Positions 1 to 10,283 of a stretch of 64,000 bases of DNA are shown in pieces. The stretch comes from Candidatus Bathyarchaeota archaeon (GTDB taxonomy: Archaea > Thermoproteota > Bathyarchaeia > Bathyarchaeales > Bathycorpusculaceae), in NCBI GenBank assembly GCA_963770935.1, contig CAVYRJ010000003.1, positions 22,223 to 86,222 of the forward strand. The letters run 5' to 3'. A program made the position numbers and the translations under genes. Position 1 is the first letter of the stretch. Each line of letters starts with the position of its first letter. The notes under the pieces are model-generated. The model searched no databases, was not told the origin of the DNA, and was given only the letters and a program-made list of their open reading frames with translations.

Positions 1-206
1 AGAAAATACTCCTATAAAAACACAAAAATTCAATGTTATAATTAGCTAATTCGTACACCTTGTGAAATTCTTAGACTTGGAAAATTTGTGTTGAGCAATG
101 CCATACGTTTTGCCTCAAAAAGCTGCGCCGAATTACCTACTAGCTCAAAATTAAAGCAATAATCGCTCCAGAAATTGAATCCAAAATGTTGTTTGATTGG
201 TCAGCG

Positions 207-2846
207 CTATGGTCTTTTTTTGATAATCAATAGAGCTGCTATTGCAATAGCTATAATTATGGCGACTCCTGTACCCAAAATGTACATTTCCACTGGAGAC
301 TGGGCAACTGCTGGCTGCGGCGTGGGTGTCAGTGGTGCTTCACCTACTGTTAAATAGGTTGTTGCAGTGGAAGGACCGTATGATTTGGAGCCTGCGAACA
401 TTGCAATTATCTGGTATGTCCCTGGTATTTCTGGGGTATATGGAAGAGCATAATTTCCGCTGATGTCGCTGGTGGTGTTACCGATGTGGACTAAGTTGCC
501 GTTTGGATCAATAGTGTCCAAGCTAACTGGAACTCCCTTAGCGTTTGCAGGTTTCGGTTGCTGGTGGAACATATATTCCATCCAGGCTTCCATGTCTTCG
601 TCGGATATTGCTGGTGTACCTTTGAGGATGAAGTCTTTGCTGCCTGCCGCATTGTATCTTCCTGAAGGAGATTGATCAGTTACGGTGCCTTCTATCAGTA
701 TGCGGTCTCCATTTGCTGATACTTTCGGAGATGCAGACACTGTGGTGGCGCTTGGTCCCATGCCATAGCAGTATATGGAGTTGTCAATTATGCTGTTGCC
801 AACAAGGTAGCCGTCTGCAAGGTTCACAGATCCCCAGTGCTGTATTTGCCATAATAGTTCTCCTGTTTCTGCGTCTACGCACCATATGTGTGCGTCGCGT
901 CTTAGAGGCATAGTGGGCGAATGCTCGGTTGTGTAGAGGTATAGTTTTCCGTCTGCAATGCAAGCCATTGAAAGCGGAGAATTTGGATAGAAAGTTTCTC
1001 CTAAGCCATAGAGCGGGGCTGACCAGTTCCAAAGGATATTTCCTGTCTTTATGTCATAGGCGATTAGTTCTCCGCTGTAGCCGTAGCTAAAGAGTTTCCC
1101 TTGATAAATGCTGGTGCTCATGCCATAGTAGTTGAATTGGTCTTCGCTTGCGGTGGGACCCCAAAGCAATTGTCCTGTGTCAAGGCTGTAAGCCCAACGT
1201 GTCCTTGTGTATCTTTCTACAAAAGTAAAGACACCATCTTCAGGGTCTACATTTTGAAGTGAAACTCCGCCTGCTTCCCCGAGGTATGTGCTGTTAAGAT
1301 ATTTTTCTGCTGATTTTGGCGGTGTAAAGGGGATGTCCCACAGTGTTGTGCCTTCTTGACCTGGTTTTAGACTGTATGCCCTTAGAAAACCTTGGACTGT
1401 TCCTCTGTCGTCATTTAATCCTTGAGTTCCAACAATCACGTATTCATCCTCACGAACTGCTCGAATGGTGCCTGTTTCGTTGAGAATTGCGTTACGTGGA
1501 CCCAGAATACTTGAAATCGATACGTTTAATGAGAATCCTTTGTTCCCGTCGAAGGTGTAGTTTAAGATGGGTCTCCACATTAAATAGGCGTTACCGCGGG
1601 TGCCAATTATACTTGTGTCATACATAGCTGACAAGATAGCTTGACTTGTGTTCCATACTTGCAAATAGTATTTCGGATTTGCTGTGTTTCCAAGGTTGAC
1701 TGTGTTGTATCGTCGAATGCTTCCGTCCTTGGCGTAAACCGCTGTACCTGCGGAGGAGACGTTAGCTATGCTGGATAGGTATTCGCCTGTTTCTGCATCA
1801 AACAACATCCAGTATTCGGGGGGTGGGTGCAGTTGTGCTCCATAAGTATGGAAAGCCTCCATGTTGGTTTCCAGACTCATAGTTGTATACCTGACCAAAA
1901 GCAAGTGATTGTATAGGATTGCTCCTGAACTGGCAAAACCACTTCCGATTCCTGAAATGGGACCGGTAGTGTTATGGAAGTAGAGCGTTTCGCCTGTATA
2001 GAGGTCAACAGCCCACCATCCATATCTGGGCGGTGTCAAATCGTTGTAGAAGATTTTTCCGTTAATGATAATGTCGGGAGAGCCATAGCTTTCGTATGAC
2101 ATTCCTGAATAATACCCAACGCTGCCAAAACGCTCGTCCATGATGCCTCCAGCCCAATGTGGCTTTGACCACATTATGTGAGCACTTTCAGGTGCTTTGC
2201 CAAAGCCGAAATTAGTTGTTGGGCCATTTTGCTGAGCGGCACCGCTGAGCCAGTTAGCTGCGAGCAGATACCAGTCTCTGTTAGAACCGTATATTGGGCG
2301 CGTCCAGTAATCGTTTGGAAGCGGTGTTTCTTGATATTTGGGTATTGCCTCTTGTTGTACAGTAATTATTGTTGGCTGGCTTGTGCTTGGGGCAAAAGTG
2401 TCGTTAATATATGCTAAACCCGGTTGGTTAATAGGTGCAAAGGGTTGACCAGTTAGTGTTTGTCCAGGGAATCTGGCTATGACAGTATATATGCCCGTTT
2501 GAGTTGGTGTATATAGTGTGAAAGCGCCTCCCACTGGGTCAGAACTGATAGGACCTATTGTTTCTTTGGTCTGGTCAGGCTTTGTGATGTCCAGGTAGAA
2601 TTTCCATCTGTCACCATACGTGCCTGTTGATGTGGGCGGTATCCAGTCGATCCAAAAGACAATTAGAGTTTCTTGGCCCACTCCTATGGTTTCTGGTATG
2701 GCGGCAACGTAGCAGTATGTAGGAATATCAGTCCATGGAGGATAATGTGCATTGACAACTGACAAATTTATAAACGGAAAAGCGATAGCTATTACTAGAA
2801 GCAATGTTATCAAAGTAGTTATTGTTTTTCTATTTGCGAATTTCAT
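207..2846 (-). CDS. Membrane-anchored surface protein with PQQ-like beta-propeller and flanking Ig-like domains
   Basis: Signal peptide; YWTRPI, TGxxLW repeats and EHSP motif; C-terminal TM helix plus IKKRP; paralog of 3546-6043 and 6211-8685; contains a locally shifted segment at about 1817-1915. Confidence 0.85.
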   Translation of the reverse strand: MKFANRKTITTLITLLLVIAIAFPFINLSVVNAHYPPWTDIPTYCYVAAIPETIGVGQETLIVFWIDWIPPTSTGTYGDRWKFYLDITKPDQTKETIGPISSDPVGGAFTLYTPTQTGIYTVIARFPGQTLTGQPFAPINQPGLAYINDTFAPSTSQPTIITVQQEAIPKYQETPLPNDYWTRPIYGSNRDWYLLAANWLSGAAQQNGPTTNFGFGKAPESAHIMWSKPHWAGGIMDERFGSVGYYSGMSYESYGSPDIIINGKIFYNDLTPPRYGWWAVDLYTGETLYFHNTTGPISGIGSGFASSGAILYNHLLLVRYTTMSLETNMEAFHTYGAQLHPPPEYWMLFDAETGEYLSSIANVSSAGTAVYAKDGSIRRYNTVNLGNTANPKYYLQVWNTSQAILSAMYDTSIIGTRGNAYLMWRPILNYTFDGNKGFSLNVSISSILGPRNAILNETGTIRAVREDEYVIVGTQGLNDDRGTVQGFLRAYSLKPGQEGTTLWDIPFTPPKSAEKYLNSTYLGEAGGVSLQNVDPEDGVFTFVERYTRTRWAYSLDTGQLLWGPTASEDQFNYYGMSTSIYQGKLFSYGYSGELIAYDIKTGNILWNWSAPLYGLGETFYPNSPLSMACIADGKLYLYTTEHSPTMPLRRDAHIWCVDAETGELLWQIQHWGSVNLADGYLVGNSIIDNSIYCYGMGPSATTVSASPKVSANGDRILIEGTVTDQSPSGRYNAAGSKDFILKGTPAISDEDMEAWMEYMFHQQPKPANAKGVPVSLDTIDPNGNLVHIGNTTSDISGNYALPYTPEIPGTYQIIAMFAGSKSYGPSTATTYLTVGEAPLTPTPQPAVAQSPVEMYILGTGVAIIIAIAIAALLIIKKRP

Positions 2847-2872
2847 TTTTTTTTCCTTTTCCTAAAATTTGT

Positions 2873-2913
2873 TTGGCAAGAAAAACCTTTTCGGTAACAG
2901 GTTGCCCTGCCAA
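2873..2913 (-). promoter_or_regulatory. 5'-UTR stem-loop upstream of beta-propeller gene 1
   Basis: UUGGCAGG/CUUGCCAA and AACCU/AGGUU helices between a TATA-like TTTAATATA (about 2948-2940) and the AGGAAAAGG SD-like tract. Confidence 0.55.
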
Positions 2914-3104
2914 CAAAAAACAGTAGCTTAAAAGAGGTATATTAAATTATTCAGAAGTCACGATAAATAATACTTATGCAATAATATTAATCCCAATTTC
3001 ATGCCTGCTCGCTTGTTCACTGAACACTAATGTATTGGAGAAAACTGTTATGCGTTTTCGACCTAAGTTGCTTCTTATTTCATTATTTATTCTTACGTCT
3101 TCTA

Positions 3105-3290
3105 ATGCTAACTCGGACGAGTAGCACACGGTTAGAGACGGCAATTCTCCTAAACCGAAATTTTTTGCAAGCCCTTAACCGTGCCGCATGTTGCAAGCGG
3201 TATCTATCAGGATTTTATGGGATACCACCTTTAGCTTCGACTTTTATTTTTAGAAAAATCGTCGTAGACTCGTCCTAATTTTAGGATTGT
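3105..3290. ncRNA. Candidate structured intergenic RNA
   Basis: Nested inverted repeats: GGACGAGT 3115-3122 with ACTCGTCC 3268-3275; CACGGTTA 3127-3134 with TAACCGTG 3176-3183; GGTATC 3199-3204 with GATACC 3221-3226; CGAC 3238-3241 with GTCG 3261-3264. Confidence 0.45.
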
Positions 3291-3482
3291 TTGGTTTATG
3301 TTTTCTTTTTGAATATTTTGACTATTTGATTGTCTTTCAGAAAGAGTAATCACTATTAGTTGCAGGTAATTAGACTTAAGACTAACTGTTTAGATTCAAG
3401 AAAGCTTCATCTATTTTCCGCACATAAGCATAGAGAGTTGACAGGTTAGTTTTAAATAATCTTACTTACAGACTTGATTCTG

Positions 3483-3516
3483 TTGGTTGGCGACCTTTCA
3501 TAGGTTTGCTTACCAA
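3483..3516 (+). promoter_or_regulatory. 5'-UTR stem-loop upstream of beta-propeller gene 2
   Basis: UUGGU/ACCAA and GACCU/AGGUU helices downstream of TTTAAATA (3451-3458), followed by CAAATTATAGGAAAGGAAAAG. Confidence 0.55.
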
Positions 3517-3545
3517 AGGCAAATTATAGGAAAGGAAAAGTAAAA

Positions 3546-6043
3546 ATGAAAATCGCAAAGAAAATGACAATAATTTCTAACAGACCCAGGAAATATGATT
3601 AAAACCGCTATTACCGCGATTCTAATAATGACGCTCGCTATCACGTTTTTTGCGGGAGTTAAGCCAACCGATGCCTTGAAAACAGCTTACATTCAAGCCT
3701 ATGCGGAACCTAACCCTACGGGCATCGGTCAAACCATGTTGATTGGAGGATGGATTACACCCCTCCCAAGTTACAGCCTACCCAACTTTGTCTACTGGGC
3801 GAACTTAACATTTCAGATCACAAAACCCAGCGGATCAGTCGGAACACTTGGCCCCTACACTGGTGGTTCAGCCGCAAATCTCGCTGTGAAATATGTTCCA
3901 GATCAACTAGGCAATTACACTATCAAGATTTCATGGGATGGAGCCAGTTCGAGCCCGTCCCAATCCTATACCTATGCACCTGTTTCGTCAACTACGACAT
4001 TTACAGTGCAAGAAGAAGCCATTGTTCCCTGGCCAGGCGAAGCACTTCCAGGTCCGAACGATTACTGGGAACGCCCCATAAATGCTGAATACAGAGAATG
4101 GAACGTCCTTGCGGGATCATGGTATTATTCGCAAGGACCATCGCGAGGCGGATACGACTCATCAGCAGCTAATTATCAACCATATAGTCTAGCACCTAAC
4201 ACACCGCACATTAACTGGGCTAATAAAGTAACTCAAGGAGGCTTAATTGGCGGATTATCAGAAAGCGAGAAGTTCAATGAAATCGTTGACATGCCCATTC
4301 TGGGCGGAATTGGCATCTACGCTGACAATTGGTTAACTGACCCTCATACAGCCGGATATGGAGCATTAATCGGCTCCACCGAACCTGGATTTCCTAAGAG
4401 CACAGATAAGACAACGTTTACCCTTCACGGTATAGACATACGGACTGGAGAGGAACTGTATTCTCAACCAGCGTACTCATTTGGGCTTTCTCCATCCGGT
4501 GGAACAGGTAGAACCGGTTCAATGCTGCGTGGATACATAGAACCCGTTCCAGCTTTGATGAGTTCAGGCGGAGCAGGTCCCAAAGCTTACTTGTTTGCCA
4601 CGGGAAGCACCTTTGTCCGATGGGATGCTTTCACAGGAACACAGATGCTTGTAATGAACAGCACATTAACTGGAGCATTTGACGGGAGATACGTGTACAG
4701 CAGAAGTGGCAGCAACCTAATCAAGTGGGACCTTACAGCGCTTGGAGGAGGCGAAACAGTTGCTGATGTAGTTGTTTATAACGTGACCGCTCCTTCACTT
4801 GTAAGAGGAAACAGCACGACATACCTGTCCGTAGGCATGTTAGAGGGAACCCTAGGCTTAAGTACGTACACAGTCTCATATGCTGATGGAACATCAGATC
4901 CGGGACTTGCTGGCATTGACTTAGAAACAGGAAAGCTACTGTGGAACAGAACTTTAGTTGGCTGGGGAAGCGTTAACCCGCAGTTCACATCATGCATTTC
5001 AAACGGAAAATACTTCCATATGTCATATGATACTAAGTGGCATTGTTTCGACATGAAAACCGGAGCAGAATTATGGGTAAGTGAACCCTCAGAATTGCCG
5101 TGGGGTCTCTTCGGAGGATATGCCTCAGCTGGTGCCTACAATCTATTCTACTCTTTCAGATACGACGGATACATCCGCGCCATTAACTGCACTACAGGGA
5201 AAACAGAATGGAACTATTACAGTGGCAACTCAGGAACAGAAACACCTTACGGTACATGGCCTTGGTTTAGCCCACCAGCCATTGCTGATGGAAAACTCTA
5301 CGCAGCCACAAGCGAACACAGCCCCAGCAATCCCCCATGGAGAGGCAGCAAACTGTACTGTTTCAACGCAACCACAGGAGACGTAATATGGTCCTTCCCG
5401 TGGCTTGGAGGATACAAAGCTGTAGCAGACGGAATACTAGTAGCAGCCAACGAGTATGATGGGCGACTATATGGCTTTGGCAAAGGTCCAACTGCAACAT
5501 CAGTTTCAGCATCGCCAAAAATCTCACGAACTAGAAAACAAAATACTGGTTGAAGGCTCAATCACTGACATATCCCCCGGCACAAAAAGCTCTGCACTTA
5601 CAGCGCGTTATCCAAATGGAGTTCCAGCTGTTGCAGATGCAGACATGAGCACATGGATGCAATACCTTTACCTACAAAACTTCACAATAAATCCTTCTGA
5701 CGTAAAAGGAGTTGAAGTCGTGGTGAAAGTACTTGACCCAAACAACAACTACTACGAGGTTGGAAGAACTACTAGCGACTCAGATGGCTTCTTCAAGACG
5801 ACGTTTGAACCAGAAGTTCCAGGCGATTATAAAGTCGTCGCTGAATTTGAAGGCACTCAAGCATACTACAGTTCAAATGCGAAAACTGCGATAAGCGTAA
5901 CTGAAGCGCCACAATCAACAGAAGAGCCTGCCCAGCCGGTATCCATCTCTGAGCAGTACTTGCTACCGGGAATAGTAGCAATAATCGTTTCCATCTTTGT
6001 GGTTGGAGCAGTGCTTGGCATACTGATATTTAAAAAGAAGTAA
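3546..6043 (+). CDS. PQQ-like beta-propeller surface protein (split by probable single-base insertion errors)
   Basis: ORFs 3595-5553 and 5456-6043 join at about 5526 (SASPKIS/ELENKILVEG, matching paralog SASPKVSANGDRILIEG); the SD-preceded ATG at 3546 is 1 nt out of frame; YWERPI, EHSP, C-terminal TM plus KKK. Confidence 0.8.
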
Positions 6044-6210
6044 GCAAAACAAATAAAACTCCTCTTTTTTTGTTTCCGTTCTACATTGAAATTTTCTGTC
6101 TTCGTGTAACTATTTTTGTTGAGCTTGAAAGAAGGGAAAGAGGTAGGCGACTTAAAGAACGGCTTCTCCGTTTATAATAAAAAGGGGGAAATGTTGTTTG
6201 GTTGGTCGTG

Positions 6211-8685
6211 CTATGGTCTCTTTTTAAACAGCATTAATCCGACTACGGCTATTGCAATGATTATAGCGATGGTTGATACAGCAATGTACGTCATTATGTC
6301 GGTTGTTGTTGCTGTGATTGGTTGGGCTGTAGTGGTTGGTGTTGTTGTGGGTGTAGAGTAGACTGTAAAGGCTGAAACTGCGTTGGATGACCCGTAAGAG
6401 TTGGATCCGGCAAATGTTGAGATAACTTGGTAGGTGCCTGTTCCAGCTGCAAGCGTATCCGTATTAACTCCTAAACTGTACTGGCCGCTTTTTGCATCGC
6501 TTGTGGCATCGCCAAGGTGTACTAAGTTGCCATTAGGATCAATCGCGTCGATTGACACTGGGACTCCTTTTGCGTTTGTTGGATATGCTTGTTGCTCGTA
6601 TAGGTATTGCATGAATCCTTCTTGGCTATCATCAGATACTGCTGGGGCGCCATTTGGGAATAATGCTACTTGAGATGGATTCTTTGTACCTGCAGATTCA
6701 TCTTTCACGTTGCCTGTAATTGTAAAGCTAGAGCCTAGAGAGATGCCGCTTAGTGGTGCTGTAACTGTGGTGGAGCTTGGTCCCTTTCCGAAACCATAAA
6801 GTCGATTGTCATCTCCGTTTAGCGATACTAGGATTCCATCTGCGACAACACAAGGTCCCATGCCTGAACCACGACCTCCACCTGGACCATTCCACAAGCC
6901 TAGCACTTTCCATATGCCCTGCCCTGTTTCAGCATCGATGCAATGCAGTCTTTCTCCTCTAATCGGTGGACTATTTGGGCTGTGCTCGTTTGTTGCAATA
7001 TAGATTTTCCCATCAGCAATTGTCATGCCACCAAAGAAGGGATATTGACCATAGGGAGTTTCAAAGCCTCCATCTCCAGACGCGTATTCCCAAAGTATTT
7101 TACCAGTTGCTAGATCATGGCAATGAACTAAACCGTCGTAACCAGCTACATATAGGTGACCGTAAGCTATCACTCCAGCTGCTGGATAAACAGCCCAACC
7201 ATTCGTGTAGGGCTCAGAGGGACCCCATATTTGTTTACCAGTGAGCAAACTGTAGGCATTCCATTGCATTGTCTCTTTAATGAATCTGCAGTAGACGCCT
7301 TCACCTATGGGGGATGGGATGTTTCCTCCAGGCGAAGATAGAGATTGGTTTTCCGGGAGCGCTGCGCGGGTCTCGTTCCAAAGCATTGCGCCTGTGGTTG
7401 CGTCGTATCCTATGTCCATTGTACCGGCTGCAGCTAATAGTATGCCGTTGGAATATCCACGCATTGAAGTAATTGCCTGCGTGCCTGGTACATCGGGTAC
7501 TGTAACATTCCATTGGATTCCTCTTGACCAGTTATATGTCTGTCCAGCACGAGGTCTCCATTGCCAATAGTTTGTTCCAGTTGTTCCAGCAAGTAGTTGA
7601 GTGTTATAGGAAGAGTTCCACAGGGTAAGCCGATTTTGTGTTCCGCTGAGAATATAGCATAACAGGTCACCAGCTGCCGATTGCGCGAAAAGGCCAGTGG
7701 ATGCGTTTGCAAATTCGCATATCAAGTCTCCATTAAACGGGTCATACATTTGCCAGGTTGTGCCAGTCGTACTCCATAGATACGGTATTACTCCATGTTG
7801 GTTTGGTGAGTCATAGGCGTAAAGTTGCCCTCTTGAGATAGTTATGTTCTTCCACCAAATCTCCTCTCCAGTAGTTAGGTCAACACACATCGTTCCTGCA
7901 AACGAAGACGACCCTAATGGTGTGGAATAAAAGAGTCTGCCGTTAATTACTACAGGTGGTATCCATTTGCCTTCATATGACAAACCATTGTAATAGTCTA
8001 TGGAGCCGAATGGACCACCGACTAATCCGCCAAAAGCTATCTCTTTTGTCCATAGAATATGGGAACTGTTCGGTGCTGAAGTGTAGTTGGCGAATGCTCC
8101 TCCGTCTCCAAAAAATCCTCCGCCTCTGAAATCATAGTTGTAACCGCTTTGCAGCCAATTATCAGTTATTGACCACCAGTCTCTGTTCTCAGCGTTTATT
8201 GGGCGAGTCCAGTAATCGGTCGGTAATGGGTTGTTGGGGTATGATGGTATTGGCTCTTCTTGAACTGTCAGTTGCGCCGTTAAACTCATGCTTGGTTTAT
8301 AATAGCTATTTGTGAGGTTTTCCCCTGCGAAGAAAGCTTGGAATGTATAATTGCCTATTTGGTCAGGGGTATATTTGGTGTATCCTGCTGCAACAGTATC
8401 TGAGGGGTATGGTCCTAGTGTTTCATTTTTTCCGTCGGGTTTTTGAACTGCGATTGTGAAGCCATGCCAGACATTTCCGGATGTGGGTGGAATGCTTGAA
8501 AGAAAGAAAGCAATTTCTACTTGCTGGCCTTTTCCCACAGTATGGGGGGCAACAGAAATGAAGAGGTAAGTTGCTGTATCTGACTTAGCAAGTGGCAAGC
8601 TAACAAAGAAGGAAGCAGTTATTAATAGGAAAATACAAAGCGTGACTAAGTTTAGCTTTATTCGTATAAGTTTAGTGTTTTTCAT
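6211..8685 (-). CDS. PQQ-like beta-propeller surface protein
   Basis: Signal peptide, YWTRPI, NQHGVIPYLW, ETPYG, EHSP, Thr-rich linker, TM plus FKKRP. Confidence 0.88.
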   Translation of the reverse strand: MKNTKLIRIKLNLVTLCIFLLITASFFVSLPLAKSDTATYLFISVAPHTVGKGQQVEIAFFLSSIPPTSGNVWHGFTIAVQKPDGKNETLGPYPSDTVAAGYTKYTPDQIGNYTFQAFFAGENLTNSYYKPSMSLTAQLTVQEEPIPSYPNNPLPTDYWTRPINAENRDWWSITDNWLQSGYNYDFRGGGFFGDGGAFANYTSAPNSSHILWTKEIAFGGLVGGPFGSIDYYNGLSYEGKWIPPVVINGRLFYSTPLGSSSFAGTMCVDLTTGEEIWWKNITISRGQLYAYDSPNQHGVIPYLWSTTGTTWQMYDPFNGDLICEFANASTGLFAQSAAGDLLCYILSGTQNRLTLWNSSYNTQLLAGTTGTNYWQWRPRAGQTYNWSRGIQWNVTVPDVPGTQAITSMRGYSNGILLAAAGTMDIGYDATTGAMLWNETRAALPENQSLSSPGGNIPSPIGEGVYCRFIKETMQWNAYSLLTGKQIWGPSEPYTNGWAVYPAAGVIAYGHLYVAGYDGLVHCHDLATGKILWEYASGDGGFETPYGQYPFFGGMTIADGKIYIATNEHSPNSPPIRGERLHCIDAETGQGIWKVLGLWNGPGGGRGSGMGPCVVADGILVSLNGDDNRLYGFGKGPSSTTVTAPLSGISLGSSFTITGNVKDESAGTKNPSQVALFPNGAPAVSDDSQEGFMQYLYEQQAYPTNAKGVPVSIDAIDPNGNLVHLGDATSDAKSGQYSLGVNTDTLAAGTGTYQVISTFAGSNSYGSSNAVSAFTVYSTPTTTPTTTAQPITATTTDIMTYIAVSTIAIIIAIAVVGLMLFKKRP

Positions 8686-8811
8686 TTTTTTCTTTTCCTT
8701 TCATTTTAAGAAGCAAACTGCTTCCACTCAATTCTTATCTTCTAAAAAGCTAATAAGAAAGTGCTAGGACACGTCGATGAAACCTTAATATTGTAAAAAA
8801 TAAATAGGGAA

Positions 8812-9657
8812 GTGCGCACCAACATGCCTATTCAATCGAGATCCATTTTTCAGGATAAAGGCCTCCAACTTCTTACTAAACTAGGATTGAGTCCAACGCA
8901 AGCAAAACTTTACTTATCACTTCTGGAAAGGAGAAACGCAACAGCATGGGAACTCTCCAAAAGCATGGGTCTCCCAAGATCAGAAATCTACAGAGCAATA
9001 AGTGAACTGCAACTAAAAGGATTAACCCAAAAAGAAGTAAGTTATCCAAACAAGTTCAGCGCAATCCCAATAATGACCGGACTCCAAATCCTGCTAAACC
9101 ATAAAGTTGAACAATGTACAGATTTAGAAAAAAATATCAAGACTTATGTTCAAAAGGCGCAGTCATTTCATGAGGATGCTCTTCAGGAGCGTGAATACAA
9201 GATTACAATTATTGAGGGAAAACATGGAATACTAAATAAAATATCTCAGCAGCACAAAAATGCTCAACGAAGCGTGAAAGTTCTTACCACTTTTCCAAGA
9301 TGGCTGCAAATAATCCGTTGCTGCATTAAGGATTATGAGGCAGCGTTAGCGAGAGGTGTAGAATATCGAATAGTCTTGGAAAATGCCGAAGGTAGATTGA
9401 TGCTGCCAAAAGAAGTAGAGCTTTTATTATCTAAACCAAATTTTAAACTTGCGACCCATGTGCGCCCTCTCAAGTCTAATGGTGCAATTTTTGATGATAA
9501 GGAAGCATCCATCAATTTCTTCCCAGGAAAGTCGCTATCGGAATCTCCATTTATTTACACAAACCACCCAAGTTTAATATCGATGCTAGGTGACCAGTTT
9601 GAGAAGACTTGGAAGAATAGTTTGAAATACATCTCAACAACTAGACACGAAAAATGA
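8812..9657 (+). CDS. TrmB-family transcriptional regulator
   Basis: LGLSPTQAKLYLSLL...RSEIYRAISELQLKGL HTH plus C-terminal effector domain (IFDDKE); divergent from propeller gene 3. Confidence 0.85.
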   Translation: MRTNMPIQSRSIFQDKGLQLLTKLGLSPTQAKLYLSLLERRNATAWELSKSMGLPRSEIYRAISELQLKGLTQKEVSYPNKFSAIPIMTGLQILLNHKVEQCTDLEKNIKTYVQKAQSFHEDALQEREYKITIIEGKHGILNKISQQHKNAQRSVKVLTTFPRWLQIIRCCIKDYEAALARGVEYRIVLENAEGRLMLPKEVELLLSKPNFKLATHVRPLKSNGAIFDDKEASINFFPGKSLSESPFIYTNHPSLISMLGDQFEKTWKNSLKYISTTRHEK

Positions 9658-9810
9658 TCTCATAGTCACATCAGAGATTGTGGTTTTGGTAGAGAGATAC
9701 TTCTCATAAAACAAATATGATAGGTAGGTGTGAGTATATTTTTAGTTTTCAAGTCAGACTATTTTTGGTTCTTTATCTTTCATCCTCCTTTACTCGCTAT
9801 TGAACTCAAG

Positions 9811-10283
9811 TTATTTTCCTGACGATTGAGTATATTGCATGGATACGGTTATTCTATTCCGGCTGAGACTATGTTTAATTTCGTTGTTTATTCTCGAATT
9901 TCCTCTACCTTTACTGGCGTGACCAAAACGAGTTATTTTCCAGTTATCGATGTTTCCTCGAATTATCTGCGGATTGCTTGTTAGTATGTAGAAGGGTATT
10001 TTTGTCTGGGAAGTGTAAAGGTCAGCAACAAAGTTTAGAAGTCGTTTTCCCACGCCGATTCCTTGATAGTCTGGAAGCACCACTAAACGGCTGACTCGAT
10101 AATACTTTGCTTTCATTCTGACGCAAGCCACAGCTATGAACGCTATAGGTTTGTTTTGGAAGATGGCAACGTAGCATCGGACACCTGCACCCAAGGAGCC
10201 GCTTAGATAGTGATAGTTCCGAAACATTTTCCATAGGCTTGGGCCGCACCGATAGATTTGGAGTTCAACGGGCGGCCTACTTC
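9811..10283 (-). CDS. GNAT-family acetyltransferase (likely C-terminal part of an ATPase-GNAT frameshift fusion)
   Basis: RVSRLVVLPDYQGIGVG acetyl-CoA motif; the frame is open upstream of ATG 10227 (RSRPPVELQIYRCGPSLWKMFRNYHYL) back to the A7 run. Confidence 0.8.

Noticed and set aside
3030-3278. 82-aa ORF in the propeller intergenic region
   Set aside because: No motif or start signals; the inverted-repeat content is better explained by RNA or DNA structure.
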